Assembly: GCA_040220235.1 (NCBI GenBank)
Contig: JAVJTO010000157.1
Reading direction: 5' to 3' (one strand)
Length of the DNA stretch: 64,000 nt
From: Coleofasciculus sp. B1-GNL1-01
GTDB lineage: Bacteria > Cyanobacteriota > Cyanobacteriia > Cyanobacteriales > Coleofasciculaceae
Shown here: positions 40,661 through 50,847 of the stretch, one piece after another
Position numbering within the stretch: the first letter of the stretch is position 1
Layout: each line of letters begins with the position of its first letter
Translations under genes and position numbers: made by a program
The notes under the pieces: model-generated
The model's input: only the letters and a program-made list of their open reading frames with translations
The model's database searches: none
What the model was told of the DNA's origin: nothing

Positions 40661-40838
40661 GGGACAGGCACAAGTTTGGATTCTTTGATGTTAATCGACT
40701 ACAGAACATTCTACTTACAGCAGATTTGGTGGTTGATGAAGTATAGCCTTAAGCAAGATCCCCGACTTCTTGAAGAAGTCGGGGATCTGTCTTACTTTTG
40801 GTCGGGATCTGAAAAACCTCTCTCCAAACCTCTCTCCT

Positions 40839-41486
40839 TCAAGGAGAGAGGCTTTGAACTCTCCCCCTTTTGAAGGGAAGAGGGGGATCTAAAAGGGAAG
40901 GGGGCTGGGGGATTAGGTTTGATATCGATTTTTCTAGATGACGTGAAAAGTCAGGGGGATCTGTCTCGATTTCTGTGATCAATAATTGCCACTCGATAAC
41001 TAAAGATTTGGGAATAGTTAAGGAGAGGGGTTGTCCATGATTGAGGGGTATGGAAAGGGTCAGGGATTCATCCGCTTGTAATTTGGCAAAAACATCGGTA
41101 ACATCGTACTGACCAACATTAGGCGCAGGCGCGGCTTGGGCAAATACATCAGGGGCGGTGAGCAGTTTACCCCCTGCTGTGGCAATTTCCAGGAATTGGG
41201 GATGGGTAAACTCAGCCATACCCGGAAAGCCGACTAACCGCAGATTCAGGCGCGTTGGTTGACCTGGTATGATTTTTTTGAATAGAACTACCTGCCAAGT
41301 TCGTCCTGATTTATCTTTCAACGACTCCTGGGAGTGATAGCGCATGATTCCCGGCGCGTCTTGGTGTTGTCGCAGTACAGCGATGGCTGGCGGAGTCAGG
41401 AATGTGGCTTGGAATAGGAGTAATATCATGAGGAATCTACCAAGCGTTAGAAGCCAAGAAAAGCATTGCTGAATAGGATTAACCAT
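40839..41486 (-). CDS. DUF3122-like protein; C-terminal tail runs into repeat DNA
   Basis: SLKD..G.TWQVVLFK, LRLVGFPG, NVGQYD. Confidence 0.75.
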   Translation of the reverse strand: MVNPIQQCFSWLLTLGRFLMILLLFQATFLTPPAIAVLRQHQDAPGIMRYHSQESLKDKSGRTWQVVLFKKIIPGQPTRLNLRLVGFPGMAEFTHPQFLEIATAGGKLLTAPDVFAQAAPAPNVGQYDVTDVFAKLQADESLTLSIPLNHGQPLSLTIPKSLVIEWQLLITEIETDPPDFSRHLEKSISNLIPQPPSLLDPPLPFKRGRVQSLSP

Positions 41487-41715
41487 AAGTACTCGATATC
41501 AAGCTAACTCAAGGATGTTTGTATATTTCCCCAGAAGGCTTCGCCCATTCGTTACCCCCGCCAGAAACAAATATCAATAATACCAAGGATAGATGTGTCG
41601 GGGTGACCTGCTCACCTAAATTAACAATTCAAATTCATTAAATTTTATCGGGTCGCCCTTTATTCTCGCTAATATGGGATATCTTATTTAAATTGTGCCA
41701 TAGGAGAAATTCATC

Positions 41716-42051
41716 ATGACCAGTCAAATTCCCAGCCAATCATCGTTTTCATTGCAATTGCGCGATCGCATAGAATATCCTGAAGGAGGTGTGGTGAGTA
41801 AAGTTATCCATAAAGATGACCAGTGTGACCACACGTTGTTCTGTCTGGCGGCGGACACGAGCATTTCTGAACATACGTCACCTCGTAACGCTACGATTAA
41901 TGTGATTGAAGGAAAGGGAATCTTTACTTTGGAGGGTAAGGAGATTGAATTGGAACCAGGCGTTTTTATTTCAATGGAGGCGAATGCGCCCCATGCTTTA
42001 AAGGCGGAACAAAATCTGGCGTTTCTGTTAACGCTATGGAAAAATGATTAG
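41716..42051 (+). CDS. Cupin-domain protein
   Basis: SEHTS..A...VIEGKG, MEANAPHAL; AGGAG RBS. Confidence 0.88.
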   Translation: MTSQIPSQSSFSLQLRDRIEYPEGGVVSKVIHKDDQCDHTLFCLAADTSISEHTSPRNATINVIEGKGIFTLEGKEIELEPGVFISMEANAPHALKAEQNLAFLLTLWKND

Positions 42052-42327
42052 TGTGGAAATGCAGGGGTGCGATCGCGTATCATTATCTTTATATCAATGG
42101 CGCTGAAAAATTGCCTTTTTGGATCGCTAAAACCCTTGATATACTTACTGTAGGGTGGGTTTCGACTTCGCAAGAGCCCACCAGCCTTAATGAGCGTGAC
42201 ATTCATCTTTTTGTCCAAAGTCCAATCTATGTCCCCAATCCCCAATTAACCCCAATATGATACATCCCCTAAGCGAAACGGGAATACTTTAGTATAGCCG
42301 TCACGCTAATCCCGCTTTTGCCCAAGG

Positions 42328-44727
42328 ATGTTCATGAGTCAACCATTACCCACCCCCGAATCCCTTCCGCTTAACGCCCTCAAGGAACAACGCGAGTTAA
42401 CCGCAGCGATGTTGGATTTAATCGGTGCGTTAATTGTTATCCTCGATGCTCAAGGACGAATTGTTTATTTCAATCACGCCTGTGAACAGTTAACGGGTTA
42501 TTTGTGCCAGGAAGTTCAAGGTAAATATGCTTGGGATTTATTAATCTTACCGGAAGATGTAGCCTCAATTCAAGCCATTTTTGATAACTTAATCCCCGAT
42601 AATTTCCCCCAACCCTGTGAAAGCTGCTGGGTGACGCGGGATGGAGACTGGCGCTGGATTGCGTGGATGGATACGGTTTGTTTGAATGAACAGGGGGCTG
42701 TAGAATATGTAATTGCTACAGGTCAGGATATCACAGAGCGTAAACAGGCAGAAAAGGCGCTGCGGGAATTGGCTACTTTAAATCAAGCGATTTTAGATAG
42801 TGCCAATTATACGATTATCTCCACTACCGTTGATGGTACGATTTCCACCTTTAATCGAGCGGCTGAGAAATGGCTCGGTTATTCGGCGTCAGACGTTGTG
42901 GGTAAAACCACACCCGCTCTATTTCATGACCCTGAAGAAATGGTAGAGCGATCGCGCGAACTTTGCAAAGAACTTGGTACTCTGATTCAACCTGGATTTG
43001 AGACATTTGTTGCCAAAGCTCGTTGGGGAGAAATTGATGAACGAGAATGGACTTATATTCGCCACGATAGGAGTCTCTTTCCAGTTTTACTCTCGATTAC
43101 CGCTTTATATAACTCCGATAACCAAATTGTCGGATTTTTGGGGATTGGTAGTGATATTAGTCTCCGGAAACAAGCCGAACAATCCTTGCGCGACAGTCAG
43201 CACTTTAGTCAACGCATTGCGGATACAGTTCCTGGTATCTTGTACCTCTATGATGTAATAGAACAACGCAATGTTTATGCCAATCGTTCTACGGTTGAAC
43301 TGTTAGGGTATACACCCCAAGACATTCAAGATATCGGTACAGATTTTATGTCTCATCTGGTACATCCAGAGGATATTCCTCACATTATAGAACATCAAAA
43401 GCACTTGACGACGCTTACCGAGAATGATCATCTCACGCTTGAGTATCGGATGAAACATGCCAATGGAGAATGGCGCTGGCTGCGGAGTCGAGAAACGGTT
43501 TTTTCTAGAACAGTTGAAGAATTACCGAAACTGGTTCTCGGTATCGCAGAAGATATTACTGACTATAAACGGGTTGAGGATGCCCTGCGTCAAACCAATG
43601 AAGACTTAGAACAGCGGGTAAAACAGCGAACGGTTGAGTTGGAGAATGCCCATCATCAATTACGGTTTCATGTCGAAAATTCCCCTCTGGGAGTGATAGA
43701 GTGGGATAGTCAGTTTCGGGTTCAGCGTTGGTCAAAACAAGCCGAGTTTATGTTTGGCTGGAAGGGAGAAGATGTTCTGGGCAAACGGTTGACGGATTGG
43801 CAGTTTGTTTATCCAGATGACCTGGAATTTGTCCATCAAAAAGCTTTAAACCTATTGAATCCAGAATCGCCACCTGAGATTATTGAAAACCGGAATTTAA
43901 CTAAGGATGGCAATATGGTATATTGCCAGTGGTATAACTCGGTCTTGTTTGATGAATCAAACGCTGTCGTTTCTATTCTGTCTCTGGTGCAGGATCAGAC
44001 AGAACGTAAGCACAGTGAGGAACAACTCCAGCAACTGAATCAACAGCTTCAGCGTTCTAACCAAGAATTAGAACAATTTGCCTACGTCGCCTCCCACGAT
44101 TTGCGAGAACCCCTACGAAAAATTAGGAGTTATAGTGATTTATTGGTGAAACGTTATCAGGGTCAATTGGATGAACGAGCGGATAAATATATCAACTACA
44201 TTACCGATAGCGTTATCCGGATGCAGGCGTTAATTACAGATTTATTGACCTATTCACGAGTCAGTCGCAATGAACTGGTTTTAGAACCAACTGATTTAGG
44301 TGAAATTCTTCAGCAGACGTTAATGGATTTAAGTCCAGCGATTGAAGAAAATCACGCAATTATAAATACCACGCTGCTGCCCATTGTGCAAGCAAATCCC
44401 TTACAAATTGGGCAAGTATTACAGAATTTAATTGCCAATGCGATTAAATTTTGCCGCGAACAGCCGCCACGAATTGATATTAAGGCTGACTGTCAGGATA
44501 ATTTTTGGCAGATTTCCATTCAAGATAATGGAATTGGCATTGATCCGAACTATAGCGATCGCATTTTTGCCATTTTTCAACGCCTACATTATCGGGAAGA
44601 GTATCCAGGGACAGGGATTGGGTTAGCTATTTGTCAAAAAATAGTGGAACGTCACGGCGGAAAAATTTGGGTTGAGTCAGAATTTGGTCAGGGAAGTACA
44701 TTTTACTTTACTCTACCTGTTGTGTAG
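42328..44727 (+). CDS. Multi-PAS (4) sensor histidine kinase
   Basis: PAS/PAC repeats; FAYVASHDLREP H-box; DNGIG and GTGIGL. Confidence 0.95.
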   Translation: MFMSQPLPTPESLPLNALKEQRELTAAMLDLIGALIVILDAQGRIVYFNHACEQLTGYLCQEVQGKYAWDLLILPEDVASIQAIFDNLIPDNFPQPCESCWVTRDGDWRWIAWMDTVCLNEQGAVEYVIATGQDITERKQAEKALRELATLNQAILDSANYTIISTTVDGTISTFNRAAEKWLGYSASDVVGKTTPALFHDPEEMVERSRELCKELGTLIQPGFETFVAKARWGEIDEREWTYIRHDRSLFPVLLSITALYNSDNQIVGFLGIGSDISLRKQAEQSLRDSQHFSQRIADTVPGILYLYDVIEQRNVYANRSTVELLGYTPQDIQDIGTDFMSHLVHPEDIPHIIEHQKHLTTLTENDHLTLEYRMKHANGEWRWLRSRETVFSRTVEELPKLVLGIAEDITDYKRVEDALRQTNEDLEQRVKQRTVELENAHHQLRFHVENSPLGVIEWDSQFRVQRWSKQAEFMFGWKGEDVLGKRLTDWQFVYPDDLEFVHQKALNLLNPESPPEIIENRNLTKDGNMVYCQWYNSVLFDESNAVVSILSLVQDQTERKHSEEQLQQLNQQLQRSNQELEQFAYVASHDLREPLRKIRSYSDLLVKRYQGQLDERADKYINYITDSVIRMQALITDLLTYSRVSRNELVLEPTDLGEILQQTLMDLSPAIEENHAIINTTLLPIVQANPLQIGQVLQNLIANAIKFCREQPPRIDIKADCQDNFWQISIQDNGIGIDPNYSDRIFAIFQRLHYREEYPGTGIGLAICQKIVERHGGKIWVESEFGQGSTFYFTLPVV

Positions 44728-44777
44728 GGGAGATGAGGGAGATGAGGGAGATGGGGAAGATGGGGGAGAAAACGAAG

Positions 44778-44885
44778 GACAAATGACAAATGACAAATGA
44801 CAAATGACAAATGACAAATGACAAATGACAAATGACAAATGACAAATGACAAATGACAAATGACAAATGACAAATGACAAATGAC
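44778..44885 (+). repeat. STRR heptamer tract (GACAAAT) x ~15
   Basis: Exact tandem repeat ending in the next ORF's first ATG. Confidence 0.95.
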
Positions 44886-46758
44886 CATTATGTATATTCC
44901 CCACGGACATTGTTATCTTTGGCAAACAAATTTAGTTGGATTGCATGTTATTGCGGATGGTTTGATTGCCCTAGCCTATTATTCAATTCCGGTTACGCTG
45001 CTGTACTTTATCCAAAAGCGGCAGGATGTACCCTTTAAAGGCGTATTTTGGTTATTTAGTGCCTTTATTATTAGCTGCGGTACGACTCATTTAATGGGGA
45101 TTGTAACACTCTGGCATCCTATCTATTGGGTATCGGGATTGATTAAAGCCATAACCGCCCTTATTTCTATCTACACAGCTTTGGCAATAATCCCGATGCT
45201 CCCGCAAGCATTAACGTTACCCAGTCCCGCCAAACTGAAGCAAATTAACGATGAGTTAGCTGCTCAAATTGCCCAGCGAGAGCAAATAGAAGCATCGTTA
45301 CGGGAAACACAAGAGCGATTTATTTTGGCAGTTAGGGGGTCAGGCGATGGATTATGGGATTGGAATGTTTTGACACAGGAGGTTTATTACTCGCCTCGAC
45401 TTAAACAGATCTTGGGTTATGAAGAACAAGAAGGCGAAAATTATTATAATTTCTGGGAATCTAGAGTCCACCCCGACGATCGCGATCGCGTCATGAATGC
45501 GATGCAAGATCACTTAGAGAATCACGTTCCTTATGCCATAGAATATCGCCTCCGCCAAAAATCTGGGGACTATTGCTGGATTTACGCTAGGGCGCAAGCA
45601 ATTTGGGATGAAACGGGTAAACCAACGCGAATGGCGGGTTCAATTAGTGATATCACGGATCGCAAACGCGCTGAAGAAGCCTTACAGCAAAGTGAGGCAA
45701 AATATCGGGCATTAATTGATACCACGCAGACGGGTTATGTGGTATTGGATCAACAGGGTATAGTGTTAGATGCCAATCAGGAATATGTTCGCGTTACTGG
45801 ACAGAGTAATATGTCCGATATTCTGGGTCAACCTGTTCTCAATTGGATAGCGCCTTATGATTTAGAACGCAATGTGGCGGAAATACAAAAGGCGTTAGTG
45901 GAACGATCAGTGCAAAATTTAGAGACTGATTATTGTCATGCCAATGGTACAATTATTCCGATTGAAATTAATGCTAAAGTTATCGACACCGACGAAGGTT
46001 GTCGCATCTTAGCCTTATGTCGAGATATTACCGAACGCAAACAAGCCAGACAAGAACTCAAAGCCGCGATCGCAGATTTAGCCCGTTCTAATCAAGACTT
46101 AGAACAGTTTGCTTATGTCGCCTCCCATGATTTACGAGAACCGCTGCGAAAAATTAGGAGTTATAGTGATTTGTTAGTGAAACGTTACCGAGGTAAACTT
46201 GACGAACGCGCCGATAAATATATCGCCTATATTACTGATGCAACACAGAGAATGCAAAGCCTGATTAGCGACTTGTTAACTTATTCACGGGTAAGTAAAC
46301 CGGAACTGATTCCCGAACCCACGGATTTGGGACACATTCTTAAGAAAACCCTGGCAGATTTAAGTCCTTTGATTAAAGAAAATAAGGCAATAATTACCAC
46401 TGACTCGTTACCCAAAGTGAACGCCAATCCCACCCAAATGGCGCAACTGCTGCAAAACCTGATTACCAATGGGATTAAATTCCGTACCCAACAGCCGCCT
46501 CGCATCCACATCACGGCGACGCGAGAGGGTCAATTTTGGCAGATTGCGGTTCAGGATAATGGTATCGGAATGGAATCCCAGTATCGCGATCGCATCTTTG
46601 TCATTTTCCAGCGCCTCCATTACCGGGAAGAGTATCCAGGGACAGGGATTGGACTCGCCGTCTGCAAAAAAATAGTCGAACGTCACGGCGGACAAATCTG
46701 GGTAGAATCAGAGTTAGGACAAGGTAGCACGTTTTACTTTACACTACCCGCCGTGTAG
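44881..46758 (+). CDS. Histidine kinase with ethylene-receptor-like 3-TM input domain and two PAS domains
   Basis: D..IALAYYSIP and FIISCGTTH motifs; ASHDLREP H-box. Confidence 0.9.
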   Translation: MTIMYIPHGHCYLWQTNLVGLHVIADGLIALAYYSIPVTLLYFIQKRQDVPFKGVFWLFSAFIISCGTTHLMGIVTLWHPIYWVSGLIKAITALISIYTALAIIPMLPQALTLPSPAKLKQINDELAAQIAQREQIEASLRETQERFILAVRGSGDGLWDWNVLTQEVYYSPRLKQILGYEEQEGENYYNFWESRVHPDDRDRVMNAMQDHLENHVPYAIEYRLRQKSGDYCWIYARAQAIWDETGKPTRMAGSISDITDRKRAEEALQQSEAKYRALIDTTQTGYVVLDQQGIVLDANQEYVRVTGQSNMSDILGQPVLNWIAPYDLERNVAEIQKALVERSVQNLETDYCHANGTIIPIEINAKVIDTDEGCRILALCRDITERKQARQELKAAIADLARSNQDLEQFAYVASHDLREPLRKIRSYSDLLVKRYRGKLDERADKYIAYITDATQRMQSLISDLLTYSRVSKPELIPEPTDLGHILKKTLADLSPLIKENKAIITTDSLPKVNANPTQMAQLLQNLITNGIKFRTQQPPRIHITATREGQFWQIAVQDNGIGMESQYRDRIFVIFQRLHYREEYPGTGIGLAVCKKIVERHGGQIWVESELGQGSTFYFTLPAV

Positions 46759-46818
46759 AAGAGATGGGGGAGCTGGGGAAGCTGGGGAAGTTAACTACAA
46801 AACTTTACCTTACTTATT

Positions 46819-46970
46819 CTATAGCCTATAGCCTATAGCCTATAGCCTGACGAATGACGAATGACGAATGACCAATGACGAATGACCAATGACGAATGAC
46901 CAATGACCAATGACCAATGACCAATGACCAATGACCAATGACCAATGACCAATGACCAATGACCAATGAC
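46819..46970 (+). repeat. STRR heptamer tracts (CTATAGC; TGACCAA/TGACGAA)
   Basis: Tandem repeats visible directly. Confidence 0.92.
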
Positions 46971-47053
46971 AAACAACGTTAGTTTTCCCCAGATTTGGGG
47001 AATTATGTAATAAATGGGAATAGTGCGAAAATTATCCACAAACACTGTATGTT

Positions 47054-47506
47054 ATGACCTGCTTGATGAACCCAGTAACTAAAGCGATTGAAATTCTCCT
47101 AGTTGAAGATGATCCGGGGGATATTGACTTAATTGAAGAAGCCCTAGAAGATGCCAAATTACAGATTAACCTCAATAGTGTCAGGGATGGAGTTGAGGCG
47201 CTGGCTTACTTACGACAAGAAGGCAAATATACTCAGGCTATCTCGCCCGACTTAATTCTCCTGGATCTCAATCTACCCCGTCGAGATGGGCGTGAGGTAC
47301 TCCAAGATATTAAAGGTGACAACTACTTTAAACGCATCCCTGTGGTGGTTTTAACCACGTCCGATGCTGAGGACGATATTCTTAAGTCCTATAACTTGGG
47401 TGCGAACTGCTATGTATCAAAACCTCTGGGTATGCAGGACTTTATCAAAATTGTCGAATCCATCGAAAACTTCTGGTTTACCGTTGTCAAACTTCCACCC
47501 AAATAA
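47054..47506 (+). CDS. Single-domain response regulator (Rcp1-like)
   Basis: [26 protein letters not shown] near the C-terminus. Confidence 0.92.
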   Translation: MTCLMNPVTKAIEILLVEDDPGDIDLIEEALEDAKLQINLNSVRDGVEALAYLRQEGKYTQAISPDLILLDLNLPRRDGREVLQDIKGDNYFKRIPVVVLTTSDAEDDILKSYNLGANCYVSKPLGMQDFIKIVESIENFWFTVVKLPPK

Positions 47507-47511
47507 TTACC

Positions 47512-48741
47512 ATGTACACTGCTCCTATCCGAGTCTTACTCATTGAAGATGACCTCGGTGATGCTGATTTAATCACAGAATTCCTCGATTTGATCAAGTC
47601 AACTCCGTTCCAAATTACTCACCATCGCTGTTTGCAAGAGGTACTACAGCCGAGGGAGCAAGATGCTTATGATGTTATCTTATTGGATTTGTCATTACCC
47701 GACAGTTTCGGATTGGAAACTGTTGAGCAGGTGTACAATCAATTTCCCACTATTCCCATTGTGATTCTCAGCGGATTAGAGGATGAATCGCTAGCGACGA
47801 TTGCGGTTCAGAAAGGAGCGCAAGATTATTTAGTTAAGGGTGATTTTGACAGTAATTTATTAGTGCGTTCTATTCGCTATGCCATTGAACGGTCTAAAAT
47901 TATCCAATTACTCAATCAAAAAGAGAAACAATTACAACAGGCAAATGAACAACTCGAACATCGCGTCGCTGAACGGACAAGCGAACTCCAACACGCCAAT
48001 GATCAATTACGAACCTTAGAATCTCAGTTGCGTCTAGCGCTGGCTCAAGAACAAGAACTCAGTCATTTCAAATCTCGGATTATATCTACCGTTTCTCATG
48101 AATACCGCACGCCATTAACTACGATAAACTCATCTGCCGAAATTCTGGAACGGTATCTCCACAAATTGGATGAACAGAAGCAGCGCAAACATTTTCAGCG
48201 GATTCAGATCTCCGTTAAACATCTAACCGCTTTAGTGGAAGATGTGCTGTTTATTAATAAGGCAGAACTTGAGAAAGTCGAGTTCAACCCAGAACTTATC
48301 TACCTGGTTGGCTTTTTTGAGGAAATCGTTGAAGGATTACAAATTACCGTTGATGAGAAACATCAGCTAATTTTTACGCATCACGGGAGTTGTGAGTGCG
48401 CTAATTTCGATCCTAAATTACTACGACAAATGATTACTAACTTGCTCTCGAATGCGATTAAGTATTCACCGCAGGGGGGTAAAATTATGCTAACGTTAAC
48501 CTGTAAAGACAAGCAGGTTGTATTTCAGGTACAGGATCAGGGGATTGGTATTCCCCAAGCCGACCAATCAAAGTTATTTGAATCTTTTAGTCGTGCCGGG
48601 AATGTGGGAACGATTGCCGGAACCGGGTTAGGATTATCAATTGTTAAAAAATGTGTTGAGTTACACCAGGGTGAGATAACAGTAAAAAGCGAGGTCGGTG
48701 TTGGTACAACCTTTACGGTAAAATTACCTTTAATTAAGTAA
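47512..48741 (+). CDS. Hybrid receiver-histidine kinase
   Basis: LLDLSLPD receiver; SHEYRTP; DQGIG; GTGLGL. Confidence 0.93.
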   Translation: MYTAPIRVLLIEDDLGDADLITEFLDLIKSTPFQITHHRCLQEVLQPREQDAYDVILLDLSLPDSFGLETVEQVYNQFPTIPIVILSGLEDESLATIAVQKGAQDYLVKGDFDSNLLVRSIRYAIERSKIIQLLNQKEKQLQQANEQLEHRVAERTSELQHANDQLRTLESQLRLALAQEQELSHFKSRIISTVSHEYRTPLTTINSSAEILERYLHKLDEQKQRKHFQRIQISVKHLTALVEDVLFINKAELEKVEFNPELIYLVGFFEEIVEGLQITVDEKHQLIFTHHGSCECANFDPKLLRQMITNLLSNAIKYSPQGGKIMLTLTCKDKQVVFQVQDQGIGIPQADQSKLFESFSRAGNVGTIAGTGLGLSIVKKCVELHQGEITVKSEVGVGTTFTVKLPLIK

Positions 48742-49031
48742 TAAATAATAAGTCATATTGTAGGGGCGGGTTTAGGCACTCAGGTAAGCTTCTCACCGAT
48801 AAGTGAAGAGCAAAACCCGCCCTTCACTTATCGGGGCTTCTGGATTTATGCATTCTTAAGCTGTCATTCATTTAAATTGGGTATTAGTAGTGAGCAAGAT
48901 GCAAAGCCTGCGGCATGGCTTCGCTAAACGCACTACAAAGATTTCGCTATTATAATCTTCCTCCTTCTCTTCTGCCTTCTGCCTTCTGCCCTCCGCCCCT
49001 CTACTCTCTGCCTTCTTGAATCCTTTGACAC

Positions 49032-49241
49032 TAAGCTGTCATGCATTTAAATTGGGTATTAGTAGCGAGCAAGATGCTCAATCTAGCGAGCAAGGTGCTC
49101 AATCTAGCGAGCAAGATGCTTAATCTAGCGAGCAAGATGCTTAATCTAGCGAGCAAGATGCTCAATCTAGCGAGCAAGATGCTCGCACTACGGCAAGGAT
49201 TGCGCCCTTATTGATATTAAGGTTTAAATGCCGAACAGCTT
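49032..49241. mobile_element. MITE with TAAGCTGT..GCATTTAAA/TTTAAATGC..ACAGCTTA ends and an internal 21-bp tandem array
   Basis: TIRs; TAGCGAGCAAGATGCT(C/T)AATC x5 plus a closing palindrome; partial copies near 2842, 8882, 48857. Confidence 0.75.
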
Positions 49242-50031
49242 ATAACCATCCTCGTAGCCAATAAACGGCTGTACCAATATATTCCTTAATCGCCCGGGTC
49301 GTCATATCTAAATTTTGAACATCTGGCAAACCATTCAATAAAATAGCCGCTAGACTACTATTCGGTTCATTCAGTTCTTGTTGAGTGACCAAAAAATCAG
49401 TCGGTGCTGGAATCGCCTCAATCCCCTGACGTTGAAAAACCCGCAGGGCGCGGGGTGTATGCATGGCAGAAGTAACTAATAATACCTTTTTTATCCCTTC
49501 CTGCTGTAAAATTCTTCGCACATTGACCGCATTTTGGTGAGTGTTCAGAGACGCCGGATCTTGTAAAATTGCTGAGGGAGGAACGCCAATCATTTCCAAG
49601 ATTGCAGCCATATCCGCTGATTCCGGAGAACCCCCACCCCGCCACTCAATCCGTCCCCCAGAGGCAATAATCACAGGGGCTTTCCCTTGCTGATAAAGCT
49701 GCGCCCCGTAGAAAACGCGATCGCCTGCTTCATTTAAATCTGGTGCAGGGCGCGGCGGAATGGCAGATCGCGTCGCCCCACCCAAAATCACGATCGCTTC
49801 CGCCTGGGGTAACTCGGTTGGCGGAATATGCTGCCACTCTAGGGATTGAACCATGCTATTGGCAACCCAACCATTGCTAGCGACTAACAAGATGATCAAT
49901 CCTAAGGCGACAGGGATAGGAACCAAACGGGGGCGTTTCCAGGACAAGACTAACGCCACAACCATGAGTATGCAAGCGAGTCCTAATGGATACACAAATA
50001 AGGGAAGTAGCTTTGAGAGAAATAAAAACAT
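49240..50031 (-). CDS. YdcF/DUF218 family membrane protein
   Basis: AIVILGG, IASGG, S.NTHQNA, LLVTSAMHTPRA, KEYIG. Confidence 0.92.
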   Translation of the reverse strand: MFLFLSKLLPLFVYPLGLACILMVVALVLSWKRPRLVPIPVALGLIILLVASNGWVANSMVQSLEWQHIPPTELPQAEAIVILGGATRSAIPPRPAPDLNEAGDRVFYGAQLYQQGKAPVIIASGGRIEWRGGGSPESADMAAILEMIGVPPSAILQDPASLNTHQNAVNVRRILQQEGIKKVLLVTSAMHTPRALRVFQRQGIEAIPAPTDFLVTQQELNEPNSSLAAILLNGLPDVQNLDMTTRAIKEYIGTAVYWLRGWL

Positions 50032-50098
50032 ACAGTAGTAAAATTAAATCTATCCAGCCTTATGGTAAGGTTAAGGATGTAGCAATCAACCCCTCTAC

Positions 50099-50114
50099 TG
50101 TATAAAGAGCTACA
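50099..50114. promoter_or_regulatory. Possible NtcA-type site TGTA-N8-TACA
   Basis: TGTATAAAGAGCTACA between divergent ydcF-like and HD-GYP-like genes; no well-spaced -10 found. Confidence 0.3.
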
Positions 50115-50232
50115 CAGTCCTCCTCCTAACCCAACTGACTGGTCTGTGTCTAAAAGCGTTAATTGAGGTGGGGATAACTAACCTCAACAAAAATGCAACA
50201 ATAAAAGTAACCTAAACTCATTCTGAAGTGGA

Positions 50233-50838
50233 ATGCTTCGCCCCGGCGACGCCGATATCTTAAATTTTCTTGAACAAATCCAGCTGGCTCGAAACGTCAC
50301 GGCTGGTTTACGCTGCTATCGTCTGCGAACGATGTGCTTACATTTTGGGCGATGGCTGAAATTAAGCAAAACCCAACTGCGCCAGCTTGTTTTCCTGAGT
50401 TACTGTCATGGCTTAGGCAAACTCAGCATTCCCGACTCGATTTTACTCAATCCCGGTTCCTTAAGTGAACAGGATTGGGTAAAAATTCGCGAGTATCCCG
50501 AAGTGTCTGCTTTGATCTGCAAGCAGCTTCCGGGGTTGAAAGAATTTGTCCCTCTTGTCTTGTCTCATCAAGAACGACTCAATGGCACCGGCTATCCTAA
50601 AGGACTCAAGGGTGATGAAATTCCGTTTATTGTCCAAGTTTTCCAGCTTGTCAATATCGCCGATGCCATTATCAGTAAGCGACTCCATCGCACCCGGAAT
50701 GAACCCTCAAGCGATCGCCCCTACTGGATGCAAGCCATAGAGGAGATTACCAAGGAGATGGAAGCAGGCGCACGCGATCCCAACTTATGTGAGAAGTTTT
50801 TCCGATTTCTGGAGCTGTTCTACCAAGGCGGCGGGTGA
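50233..50838 (+). CDS. Stand-alone degenerate HD-GYP domain protein
   Basis: HGLGK.SIPDSIL (HD changed to HG), [19 protein letters not shown]. Confidence 0.8.
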   Translation: MLRPGDADILNFLEQIQLARNVTAGLRCYRLRTMCLHFGRWLKLSKTQLRQLVFLSYCHGLGKLSIPDSILLNPGSLSEQDWVKIREYPEVSALICKQLPGLKEFVPLVLSHQERLNGTGYPKGLKGDEIPFIVQVFQLVNIADAIISKRLHRTRNEPSSDRPYWMQAIEEITKEMEAGARDPNLCEKFFRFLELFYQGGG

Positions 50839-50847
50839 TGGGAAGAT

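Noticed and set aside
44703..44925. VICHLSF repeat ORFs
   Set aside because: Translations of the STRR heptamer tract; the same applies to 46833-47045.
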